Virus record (IMG/VR): IMGVR_UViG_3300026522_000021
Direction: 5' to 3' (one strand)
DNA length: 64,000 bases
Source: a virus
Taxonomy: Duplodnaviria; Caudoviricetes
The translations under genes were made by a program, and so were the position numbers. Of this stretch, positions 44,099-52,442 are shown piece by piece (positions within the stretch are counted from its first letter, which is position 1; each line of letters opens with the position of its first letter). The notes below the pieces were generated by a model. That model did no database searches and was not told where the DNA came from. It worked only from the letters and a program-made list of their open reading frames with translations.

Positions 44099-45598
44099 TT
44101 ACAGTAATCCTTCTACGGCTTCTCTTACTTTCGCGTAGCGTTCTCCATTCAGCGTTTCAAGAAGAACTTTGTAAGGATCAACCTGATTGCTCATGAACAT
44201 CTTCAGGATTTGAACCGAAAATCCACTGCAAAGAATAAGCCCCATATCATTCTGTTGCATCGGGATTGTTCCATTCAAGCGACCGCTTAAATTCCAGAAA
44301 CAAATCTTCGGAAGTTTATATCCTGCGTCCTCGAATTCCTGTGCGATTTCATCAAACAGGCTCTTGTTGAGATTGTGTGAACGACCGTCAAACTGCATGT
44401 CGGAACAAATCACGATCATCTTCGGCATATCTTCCGCAGAAGTATGATTTCTCTTTGCTGTTTTCAGGATCAGCATCATAGTCTTATAGATGTTCGTGTT
44501 TGAACAATCGGATTCGCGCAAGGAAAGATCAACTTTATCTGCAAGCGAATCGCAATTTGACAGATCGACAATCTTCGGATTGGATGAGAAGGTAATAAAC
44601 TTATCTTTCCAATCGCCTGTATTGTGTTCTGACATGTAAATTGCAAGTGCGGTTGCTACATCTAAAGGTGTACCACTTCCTGCAAAACTTCCCCATGTCA
44701 TAGAACCAGAACCATCACGAACAATCAGTGTGTTCTCTACAGACAGATCAGGAAGTGCCTTCCACAGCGCTTCGAGCGTTGCATCTTTTCTGCATCTATT
44801 CTGGCGATACTTCAGGCAGATCTCATGCGGATTAAGCGTGCTTGCGTTAATCTTTGCAGTGCCTTTTTCAAGCGATGCAAGATATTCGCGTCTACGATCC
44901 TCATCATTCCGTAAGAATGCGCTATTGTAGATCAGATTAGCTTTAGAAGGCACAGTTTCATAATTGATCTTATCCCATTTCTTAGCACTCATTTTGACCT
45001 CTACAACATCAAGATACTTTCTAAGTTTGGATAAAGTCTTTCTGTACTTCTTCTCTGTCCATCCAAGTTCACGGCAGATTGTTTTAGCTCTGTCAACTGT
45101 TATCTTGGATGATGCATTGACGCTCGGCATCCACTTCGCACACAGAGAAATCGACTTGCCTTCCTTCATGTTGGCTTTATCTTCTTTCAGCTGCGCCTTG
45201 ATTAAAGCGATTGCCTTTCCTCTCGTTCTTTCATCGTCAAGCATAACCATGACGCTATCCCAACGATTATAGAATGGGATAAGATCAATGATAGCCTTTG
45301 CGATCTTCGGCTGTTTTTCTGCAAGATAGCTCAGTCCAGCTCTGAAAGCTTTTCTCTCACCAAGTCCTTCACGGACATCGCCAAGATAGAAAAGATATTC
45401 AAGCGCTGTCAGCTTATCCTCAAAGAAAACTTTCATGAAATCTTCTTTGATCGCTTCAGGAAATCTGTTACGCATAGCAGATACTCCAAAGTTGAAATCA
45501 AGAAGTTTCTTTCCTGCTGTTGCATAGGCGATCGCGCCGTTTGTGGTTACTGATTTGCGAGTGTTCAATTCATTTTGCATTTCATCGAAGAAACTCAT
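44099..45598 (-). CDS. DUF2828-type TROVE/Ro60-like protein with vWA domain
   Basis: DVREGLGER, AKWMPS, YRKTL, MIDAS motif DGSGS, SDMQFD, FWNL, SGFS. Confidence 0.8.
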   Translation of the reverse strand: MSFFDEMQNELNTRKSVTTNGAIAYATAGKKLLDFNFGVSAMRNRFPEAIKEDFMKVFFEDKLTALEYLFYLGDVREGLGERKAFRAGLSYLAEKQPKIAKAIIDLIPFYNRWDSVMVMLDDERTRGKAIALIKAQLKEDKANMKEGKSISLCAKWMPSVNASSKITVDRAKTICRELGWTEKKYRKTLSKLRKYLDVVEVKMSAKKWDKINYETVPSKANLIYNSAFLRNDEDRRREYLASLEKGTAKINASTLNPHEICLKYRQNRCRKDATLEALWKALPDLSVENTLIVRDGSGSMTWGSFAGSGTPLDVATALAIYMSEHNTGDWKDKFITFSSNPKIVDLSNCDSLADKVDLSLRESDCSNTNIYKTMMLILKTAKRNHTSAEDMPKMIVICSDMQFDGRSHNLNKSLFDEIAQEFEDAGYKLPKICFWNLSGRLNGTIPMQQNDMGLILCSGFSVQILKMFMSNQVDPYKVLLETLNGERYAKVREAVEGLL

Positions 45599-45638
45599 AA
45601 TTGCTTTACCTCTCTTTTCTTAATTTGTGGTTGCAATT

Positions 45639-45704
45639 CAAGGCACTGGTTGTGGTTGTAAGATTAAAAGTCTTATCCATAATAGTGGTTGCTGTATGTG
45701 CCTT
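45639..45704 (-). ncRNA. CAGCAA-module RNA C displaying a Lys(UUU) anticodon stem-loop
   Basis: AAGGCAC-ATACAGCAA...TAAGA-CTTTTAA-TCTTA...GTGCCTTG. Confidence 0.75.
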
Positions 45705-45712
45705 AAATGTAT

Positions 45713-45830
45713 AGCGCACGATTGGATTCGAACCAATGACAAATTCTTCTGTGTATTAAGTTGCTGATTGCGATTATCGCTAACCGCGTTTAACAAATTA
45801 AAACTGCACTACCAACTGTGCTACGTGCGC
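45713..45830 (-). ncRNA. tRNA-like chimera G with CAGCAA module
   Basis: GCGCACG/CGTGCGC acceptor stem, D and T arms; insert GCGGTTA-GCGA-TAATCGC-AATCAGCAA. Confidence 0.75.
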
Positions 45831-45846
45831 CATCCCTTTCGGGAAA

Positions 45847-46002
45847 CAGCAGTGACAGGAATCGAACCTGTGCTTGCAGCTTGACCAAGTAAACTTGCTG
45901 TGTGTTCCTTTAATTCCCCGACTCTAACTCGTCTATGCGGTTACTCTCGGTGGTAACAAGAAACATTTATATGCTGCCGTGTTCCCACTTCACTACACTG
46001 CC
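45847..46002 (-). ncRNA. tRNA-like chimera H with CAGCAA module
   Basis: GGCAGTG/CACTGCT acceptor stem, GCAGC/GCTGC anticodon stem; insert TGTTTCTT...AAGGAACA-CACAGCAA. Confidence 0.75.
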
Positions 46003-46005
46003 GCG

Positions 46006-46130
46006 CCCATCGTGAAGGATTCGAACCTTCCCCTCAAGTTTTGCAGACTTGTAATTGATATATAACTTTGCTGTAGGTGTTTACACTAAACACACAATCA
46101 AAAGATATGCTACCTCTACACCAACGATGG
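46006..46130 (-). ncRNA. tRNA-like chimera I with CAGCAA module plus a Cys(GCA) anticodon stem-loop
   Basis: CCATCGT/ACGATGG acceptor stem; GTGTTTA-GTG-TAAACAC-CTACAGCAA; CAAGT-CTGCAAA-ACTTG. Confidence 0.75.
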
Positions 46131-46147
46131 GATATTCAATTTTTAAA

Positions 46148-46212
46148 CAAGACGCTATGATGGTAATATAAGTTAACAGCTTATTCCTTCATATAATTGC
46201 TGTATGCGTCTT
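46148..46212 (-). ncRNA. CAGCAA-module RNA D displaying an Asn(GUU) anticodon stem-loop
   Basis: AAGACGC-ATACAGCAA...ATAAG-CTGTTAA-CTTAT...GCGTCTTG. Confidence 0.75.
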
Positions 46213-46224
46213 TCAGTTTTAACA

Positions 46225-46315
46225 CAAGGCACTTTATTTTGATGGACTTGAACCATCTCGCAAAGACTTTGAATGTTTTTACTTTAACCGATGTTAAGTT
46301 TGCTGTATGTGCCTT
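46225..46315 (-). ncRNA. CAGCAA-module RNA E containing a T-arm
   Basis: AAGGCAC-ATACAGCAA...GATGG-TTCAAGT-CCATC...GTGCCTTG. Confidence 0.72.
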
Positions 46316-46336
46316 TCTTGTTATCTTGCAATACCT

Positions 46337-46365
46337 ATTATAGCATATCGTTCTCGGCTTTGCAA
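46337..46365 (-). promoter_or_regulatory. SigA-type promoter for the CAGCAA RNA array and the TROVE-like gene
   Basis: TTGCAA-17 nt-TATAAT with TG extension. Confidence 0.75.
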
Positions 46366-46478
46366 GTATTATTTTGAATTATTTTTAATGTAGTTTTGAT
46401 TTCTCGCGATCACTACAAGCGCACAGTTTCTTACTTTTTATGATGTTAGTTTAGAACTGCAAAAGCAACCATTCATCG

Positions 46479-46551
46479 TGCGCCAGATGGGACTCGAACC
46501 CATGACTTTTCGATTAAAAGTCGAATACTCTACCATCTGAGTTACTGGCGC
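46479..46551 (-). tRNA. tRNA-Lys(TTT)
   Basis: TTCGA-CT TTT AA-TCGAA; canonical arms. Confidence 0.92.
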
Positions 46552-46555
46552 GTAA

Positions 46556-46629
46556 CAGGCGCAGTAGGAATTGAACCCACGCTCACGCAGCTTTGGAGGC
46601 TGGTAGACTTCCAATTATCTTATACGCCT
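46556..46629 (-). tRNA. tRNA-Trp(CCA)
   Basis: CAGC-CT CCA AA-GCTG; T arm GGTTCAATTCC. Confidence 0.82.
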
Positions 46630-46633
46630 TTAG

Positions 46634-46953
46634 TGGAGTAGAGGGGAATCGAACCCCTGTCCAAAACTACTCTATAAATATCCTTTACGCCGTTTGGGTT
46701 TGTACTGATCTGAATTTACAGATTCAACTCCGTCTGTCCACCACCTGTTTCACCGTCTTGTATAACAGGAACTTCAATCAGACATTACTTCGATCTTCAG
46801 CATTGACCGTCTAAAAGAATTACTGAAGATAGATGTGGCTCACGCCGCCATCCGATTTTCTGTATAATCAGCGTTTATATTTAGGTTTGATGATTAAGTC
46901 ATCACTCTGGCGAGATATTTACTTTGTAACCCTGTCGAAACCTTTACTACCCC
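46634..46953 (-). ncRNA. ssrA: tmRNA; tag peptide (A)ADYTENRMAA at 46872-46840
   Basis: 5' GGGGTAGTAAAGGTTTCGAC, 3' GGACAGGGGTTCGATTCCCCTCTACTCCA, G3.U acceptor pair, resume context ATAAAC-GCT, tag ending AA*. Confidence 0.92.
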
Positions 46954-46961
46954 ATATATAA

Positions 46962-47032
46962 CAGCGGTTGAGGGTAATGCTCCCCCTTGTTCTGGGTCAA
47001 AGCCAGACGTATTACTTTTATACTAAACCGCT
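46962..47032 (-). tRNA. tRNA-Gln(TTG) with deviant T loop
   Basis: TCTGG-CT TTG AC-CCAGA; T loop AGCATTA. Confidence 0.7.
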
Positions 47033-47162
47033 AAAACTTCTTGCAAAAACAATCTGGTTATGGTAATATAGTAAATGCCATCATTAGTTTGGTGTGCTTT
47101 GTGTATGTGGTAGGGAGTTGGCTTTGTGCCTTCTCCCTATCTTTGTTTCCTTCGACTCTTAT

Positions 47163-47191
47163 AGTGTACCACATGTGAATATATTCGTCAA
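47163..47191 (-). promoter_or_regulatory. SigA-type promoter for the tRNA/tmRNA cluster
   Basis: TTGACG-17 nt-TACACT with TG extension. Confidence 0.7.
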
Positions 47192-47215
47192 GCATTATTT
47201 TGCATTATTTATAAA

Positions 47216-47593
47216 CTAATCACAATAGCCTTTAATTAGCTCTAAACCGTATTTATCCAAGACCTTCTCAACCGCATCCCAATAATATCTTCCACAATCT
47301 TCATTGTCGATAACAAATACATTCTCATATTTCGGTTCTTCTTCGTCAGTCCAGCTGTAAATCTGATAAGGTACATCAATATATTCTTTGATCCTAAAAT
47401 GTCCAACACCGTTTCCAGTTACGTCAGACCAATCAAATTCATCTTCATCTTCATCTTCATCGCTCCAATGTTTATACTCTTCATTCGCCATTTCCAGAAG
47501 AATATCAAGCAACCGTCCGCGTGTAACTTTGTCTCTGGATATAATGAAGCTGCTTGAACTACTGTTGGTTACAAAGTCTCTTCTAATCTTCAT
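47216..47593 (-). CDS. FVTNSSSSS-motif protein 6
   Basis: Starts MKIRRDFVTNSSSSSF. Confidence 0.85.
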   Translation of the reverse strand: MKIRRDFVTNSSSSSFIISRDKVTRGRLLDILLEMANEEYKHWSDEDEDEDEFDWSDVTGNGVGHFRIKEYIDVPYQIYSWTDEEEPKYENVFVIDNEDCGRYYWDAVEKVLDKYGLELIKGYCD

Positions 47594-48177
47594 TAAAATC
47601 TCTCCAATGACTCTTTGAAATCATGATACGTCTTGTACTTTTCTTTCCACGATGCTTGAATATCGCCAAGTTTCAAACCATATTTGTCAACCACATAAGC
47701 GATATACTCATAATCGTATAGCTTACGTCTACGCTTATTCTGCTTTTTAATTTCCTCAAAAACTTCATCCTTCGGATCTTTATACTGTGTTAATAGATAG
47801 CTTGCCATATCATAAGAAGAATACTCTTCAAACTGGCAGATCGGACACAGGCATTCTGGCACTTCATAATATCTTTCTGATCCTAAAAGCGTTTCGAATA
47901 ATTCATCATCATCCATTGCTTCAAGCTCTTCACGAGTATAATGAAGATCATATTCTCTGGTTTCTTCATTCCAATAATCGTTTTTCAAAATTTCATTTAT
48001 TTGTTCTTCGCGTGAAGGGTTGAGCATATGCTCCTGACATAATACATGCCCATTTTCACATTCAAACATATCAAAATCTTCTACACTTGCATCCCATCCA
48101 GAACCTTCAGCGCCGCAAATCTCACATACAAAACTACTGGATGAGCTATTCGTCACAAAGTCTTTTCTAAATTTCAT
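47593..48177 (-). CDS. FVTNSSSSS-motif protein 5 (Cys-rich, probably Zn-binding)
   Basis: Starts MKFRKDFVTNSSSSSF; CxxC, CxxxHxxC, CPIC. Confidence 0.85.
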   Translation of the reverse strand: MKFRKDFVTNSSSSSFVCEICGAEGSGWDASVEDFDMFECENGHVLCQEHMLNPSREEQINEILKNDYWNEETREYDLHYTREELEAMDDDELFETLLGSERYYEVPECLCPICQFEEYSSYDMASYLLTQYKDPKDEVFEEIKKQNKRRRKLYDYEYIAYVVDKYGLKLGDIQASWKEKYKTYHDFKESLERF

Positions 48178-48178
48178 A

Positions 48179-48451
48179 TTAACTCCAACTAAATTTTACT
48201 GCCGTTGTTGGCACACCTATCAATTCAAGAAATCTTTGCATATCAAAATTATCTATAATGGTATAACCATGTATAAAATATTCGCCTTCATCTATCTGCC
48301 AGTAATCATCAAGATAATAATCTGGCATTATTTCAGGGGCATAATCTTGATAGTTAAATATCTTTTCCTTTTGTTCATCAGTAATAGCAGACTTCGCTAT
48401 TACGAAACTGCTACTACTGCTATTGGTCACAAAGTCAAATCTTATCTTCAT
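48179..48451 (-). CDS. FVTNSSSSS-motif protein 4
   Basis: Start re-placed at MKIRFDFVTNSSSSSF. Confidence 0.85.
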   Translation of the reverse strand: MKIRFDFVTNSSSSSFVIAKSAITDEQKEKIFNYQDYAPEIMPDYYLDDYWQIDEGEYFIHGYTIIDNFDMQRFLELIGVPTTAVKFSWS

Positions 48452-48459
48452 TGTTTCCC

Positions 48460-48927
48460 TCAATGATGACTAAATCTTTGGATAGTGCAATCAAGTCTCG
48501 GCATAATTTCATGCTCCAAATCGCCGTTACAATGGTCATCATATTCTACAAGTGCGAGATAACCAAGTCCTTCGATCTTCTGTTTGAATTCTTCAAACCA
48601 CACATCAAGCCTTTCATTTACAGCCTTATCGAACTCATTTTTGTTTTCTGGCTTCTCAATCCAGTCATAGAAATCATGCCACCCAAGCTTTCTTTCGTAT
48701 TCATGCTCAAGAATATACCTTGCATCCCAATACATTTCATCTTTGAACTCATGCAAAGCTTCTTCTTTTGTAATTTTATTTCTCTTGACATCGTTCAACA
48801 CGGTATCAAATCTTTCGCCTAAGTAAAGCTCGTTTCTAAGTGCTTGCTCAACACTTCCTTCATCTTTAAATCCTACAATAAAACTACTGCTGCTCGAATT
48901 TGTAACATAATCTACTCTAATTTTCAT
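48460..48927 (-). CDS. FVTNSSSSS-motif protein 3
   Basis: Starts MKIRVDYVTNSSSSSF. Confidence 0.85.
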   Translation of the reverse strand: MKIRVDYVTNSSSSSFIVGFKDEGSVEQALRNELYLGERFDTVLNDVKRNKITKEEALHEFKDEMYWDARYILEHEYERKLGWHDFYDWIEKPENKNEFDKAVNERLDVWFEEFKQKIEGLGYLALVEYDDHCNGDLEHEIMPRLDCTIQRFSHH

Positions 48928-49352
48928 CAGTCATCTCCAGCAAGAATAATGAAATCATCGGATTTTAATTTTAAAAATAGCTCTCCTCTATAATCATCGT
49001 AAGCTATATCTTTCATTAAAATCTTGTATCCTTCATTCATCTTTTCTACACACTCATCATAAGTATCTCTAACCCAAGGATCATCTTTACATAACTCTTC
49101 AAATGTTTCGCACCCATACCCATAATCTTCAAAGAAATAGCGGCGCAAATCTTCCTTGTTTTCAAAAACTTCACTTTCTGTTGTTTCGTATGAGCCTCCG
49201 CTGCCCATCACAGCTTCTTTCACTATTCCCTGATACACTTCAAGAAATGGATATTTCTTCAATGTATCATTATCAATTTCTGGCAAACCTTTAAATGCTA
49301 CAATAAAGCTACTGCTGCTTGAATTCGTAACAAAATCATTTCTTATTTTCAT
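48927..49352 (-). CDS. FVTNSSSSS-motif protein 2
   Basis: Starts MKIRNDFVTNSSSSSF. Confidence 0.85.
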   Translation of the reverse strand: MKIRNDFVTNSSSSSFIVAFKGLPEIDNDTLKKYPFLEVYQGIVKEAVMGSGGSYETTESEVFENKEDLRRYFFEDYGYGCETFEELCKDDPWVRDTYDECVEKMNEGYKILMKDIAYDDYRGELFLKLKSDDFIILAGDD

Positions 49353-49860
49353 TTCCTACTATATTCCTCCCAATCAGAAAGAATTGCCATGACTAACAAA
49401 AATATATCAAGTATAAACCCACATCCCAAGATAAGCATAAACACAGCTAATAAAACTGTTGCCATTGTTACAACCCACCAATCTTTATCATGTGTTTGCC
49501 ACTGGAATTCCTATAGACTCACTTACCAGACCTTTTGATTTCGTTTAAATATCTATAGTATTCCTGAACGTTTCCATGTGACCAATAATCATCAAGTATT
49601 TCTTCCTGTTTCTTTGTATCAAATATTCCACCGAAAAGCTCATCTAATACGTCATTTCCAAATAAGCCCATATCATTCACCGTCATATGGCTCTGATAGA
49701 TTGCGCCACGCCACGACATTCAATCCCTTTTCTTTGTTGATATTAAAGCCGAACAGATTATTAGGATTATAAATGTCGTGAATTACACATCTTTCTCCTG
49801 TCGCTTTATCTTCTACCGTCACTTCATATACATTTTCTTCTCTTGGATTTCCGTCATCCT

Positions 49861-50193
49861 TTACGGATCTCCATACCTCATCCTGAAATGTTTTGTATCA
49901 TCTGCGTTAATATAATACATAAACAATCTATAGAAATCCCCATATTCATCTCCTGCCATACCGATATAAAAATTCCAGTCATCAATCGTTAAGTCAGGAT
50001 CATAATCAAAGTTGTCTTTGATTTCTTCGATTGCCTCTTGTGTAGTCAGACCATAATGCTCCGAGTATCTTTTGATTATATCCATGTTGCTTTCAATTAA
50101 ATTATTTAATTCTTCTTCGCTAAAATCTTTATGCAAAGCAACAATGTATGAACTCGAAGAACTGTTTGTCACAAAATCTTGTCTTATCTTCAT
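49861..50193 (-). CDS. FVTNSSSSS-motif protein 1
   Basis: Starts MKIRQDFVTNSSSSSY. Confidence 0.85.
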   Translation of the reverse strand: MKIRQDFVTNSSSSSYIVALHKDFSEEELNNLIESNMDIIKRYSEHYGLTTQEAIEEIKDNFDYDPDLTIDDWNFYIGMAGDEYGDFYRLFMYYINADDTKHFRMRYGDP

Positions 50194-50703
50194 ATTATCC
50201 TCTAAGGAATAGCCACTTCAACCAGTCTGGCAAATCGCTATTTATAATCACACCAAAATACCATTTGTTTAGTGCGATAACTGCCACAACAATGACAGCT
50301 ATCGCAATCGCAATTAAAATCTTCTTTACCATTTCTTAATCCCAAGCGTAAAGAAACTCATGTTCATTTGGCTTGCTGTATTTAGCGAAATCATTTTCTT
50401 GATCGTCAAGTTTTGCAAACCGTTTCTTTTCGCTGTGTTTATAGTTCTTCTTTCCGTACCAATCACTGTTGGTTTTATCATAGTCCGTTCTGGTTTCCAG
50501 ATGTTTACACTTTTTAAAACGTCCAACATCACCGACAAATTCTTTCGATGATACTCCAGTCACATCTTCATAGACTTTTGCCTGATGAACAGCCTTATTA
50601 AATGTTTTCTTGCGTCTTTCACCTCTATCGCACATAATGACCCCCACTAAATGTACTAATATAGTCAAAAACTTTCCAATAAAATCCGTCTTTTATTGGA
50701 GTT

Positions 50704-51435
50704 TTACGCAGATGTTAATTCGGCTTCTATTTCATCCTCAAATCTCTGCTCAAGCTCCAATATAGACTTTCCATTCCCTTTCATCGGTTCGCATAATCTG
50801 TATTCAAGACCTTTCAATCTCTTCCAATACTTCGGAAGATACCGATAAATAGATTTTAATTCCTTCAAGTTTTTATTTCGGCAGCACCAACAACTTACTC
50901 GATCTAAACAATCATATAGATCAACCCCACCCTCTTGCCACGCATAACCTTTGCTTCTGCAATATCTCAGGCAGTCTGCTTCGGTCATATTCCATTCGAC
51001 TAAAGGGAGAACCTTTCCTTCATGCTTTGCTTTCTCAAATCGTTGCGGCTCGTCAGCTGCAATTCCAACATAATCAGTCACATCATCATCAATAGTTTTC
51101 TTAAACTTGTCTATTGCTTGTAACTTTCCAGATGTTCCCCATCTACAAGCTCCACCACACCAACTGAAGCCATAATGATAACCTTCTTGTTTTCTATACT
51201 TGACTTCCCTGATTAACATAGAGATCCAGAATGGTTCTTGCGGATGCAGTTCAACGTATTCAATATTTAATTCTTTTAGTTTCGATTTAATTTCATCTCT
51301 TATATGATAGATTGAATCGAATTCCATTCCTGTATCGTAAAATACTACATAGTCAAGCGGATAATTCTTCTCTATCAACATAAGTAACATTGCTAAACTA
51401 TCTTTTCCAAAACTTACACTTGCAATATATTTCAC
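50704..51435 (-). CDS. PAPS-reductase-family (PP-loop) protein
   Basis: SFGKDS, DTGMEF, GIAADE..R, RVSCWCC; probable GTG start. Confidence 0.85.
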   Translation of the reverse strand: MKYIASVSFGKDSLAMLLMLIEKNYPLDYVVFYDTGMEFDSIYHIRDEIKSKLKELNIEYVELHPQEPFWISMLIREVKYRKQEGYHYGFSWCGGACRWGTSGKLQAIDKFKKTIDDDVTDYVGIAADEPQRFEKAKHEGKVLPLVEWNMTEADCLRYCRSKGYAWQEGGVDLYDCLDRVSCWCCRNKNLKELKSIYRYLPKYWKRLKGLEYRLCEPMKGNGKSILELEQRFEDEIEAELTSA

Positions 51436-51623
51436 ACCGACCACTAACCAGATCGCGGCAATGGTCAATTATTAAATCCTCCCATGCTAATGGCAATGCC
51501 TTCACGCTGTAACTAATAATTCTACACGCAACTTATCAATCTTTGCGAAACCCGGTCTACCGGGATTGGTGTTACTCCTTTTCTTTATTTTTTAAAATTA
51601 AATTATTTTGCATTATTTATTTC

Positions 51624-52442
51624 CTATTCACCGATATAAACCAACTTGTCTATGTATTCTCTATCTTCTCCTGCAAAAATCGGTATATTATCATCGGCAA
51701 CCCAATCAGAGCCACAGTATTTTACACAACTTCCTCGTTTCATAACGGTAGGATAATCATCCCAATTTACACCTTTTTCTTTGAGTAACATTTCCTTTAT
51801 TTCATTGCAACTCTTATTCTGAAGTTGTTTCTGCGTGAAGCATGATTGCCCAAGCATTTGTATACTATTTCTTATTGCATCAAGCTGTCTCCAATAGAAA
51901 TAATTTGTCACTTCTTCTTTTGTAAGATTAAAACATCTGGAGTCGAACATTGCGCCCCTTATTTTGGCTTTATAATAGACTTCATGTTGCTTCAATATTT
52001 TTCTTTCGTTATCTGATAAACGTCTATTTGTTCCACCTTCATCCCAATCTTCAATATTTTCTCTTCCAAACATATCAATGTTTGCCTCAAAATTTCTATT
52101 GAATATAAGAGTTGCTATAGAAGCTGTTACGCTACATACCTTTTGCACTTCATAGCCAAAGAACGCTTCAGTGTTTAATGATTTATAATCAATCAGCAAC
52201 AAAGAAATCTCATCGGATTGATGATAACCAAGAACGCATCCCTGAATGTTCACGCATAAATACTTCATCGTATCTTGCATAGTTTTTATCAATAAAGAAT
52301 CAAACGGCTTTTCAAAACATCTTGTAAAAGTATGAAATGCTTTTCCGTCAATGCGTATAATAACTGGCATCCTTCTTATTAAAGAGTTTTTTGGAACGCT
52401 CTCATACGTTTTCATCCTCTTTGCCAAATCGCTATTATCCAT
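51624..52442 (-). CDS. tRNA(His) guanylyltransferase Thg1-like protein
   Basis: RIDGKAFHTFT, QSDEIS, FDSR, WRQLDA.RNS. Confidence 0.92.
   Translation of the reverse strand: MDNSDLAKRMKTYESVPKNSLIRRMPVIIRIDGKAFHTFTRCFEKPFDSLLIKTMQDTMKYLCVNIQGCVLGYHQSDEISLLLIDYKSLNTEAFFGYEVQKVCSVTASIATLIFNRNFEANIDMFGRENIEDWDEGGTNRRLSDNERKILKQHEVYYKAKIRGAMFDSRCFNLTKEEVTNYFYWRQLDAIRNSIQMLGQSCFTQKQLQNKSCNEIKEMLLKEKGVNWDDYPTVMKRGSCVKYCGSDWVADDNIPIFAGEDREYIDKLVYIGE

Noticed and set aside
43825-46130. Chimeric tRNA inserts as group I or archaeal BHB introns
   Set aside because: Too short for a group I core, no P7-type motifs, no evident BHB, and removal does not obviously regenerate a canonical anticodon loop
42748-46315. 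CAGCAA repeats as a CRISPR array
   Set aside because: Repeats covary rather than being identical, spacing is irregular, and no cas operon is present; the PD-(D/E)XK nuclease at 12463 sits in a replication context
47216-50193. FVTNSSSSS motif as a DNA repeat or recombination cassette site
   Set aside because: Nucleotide sequences differ at synonymous sites, including switches between Ser codon boxes
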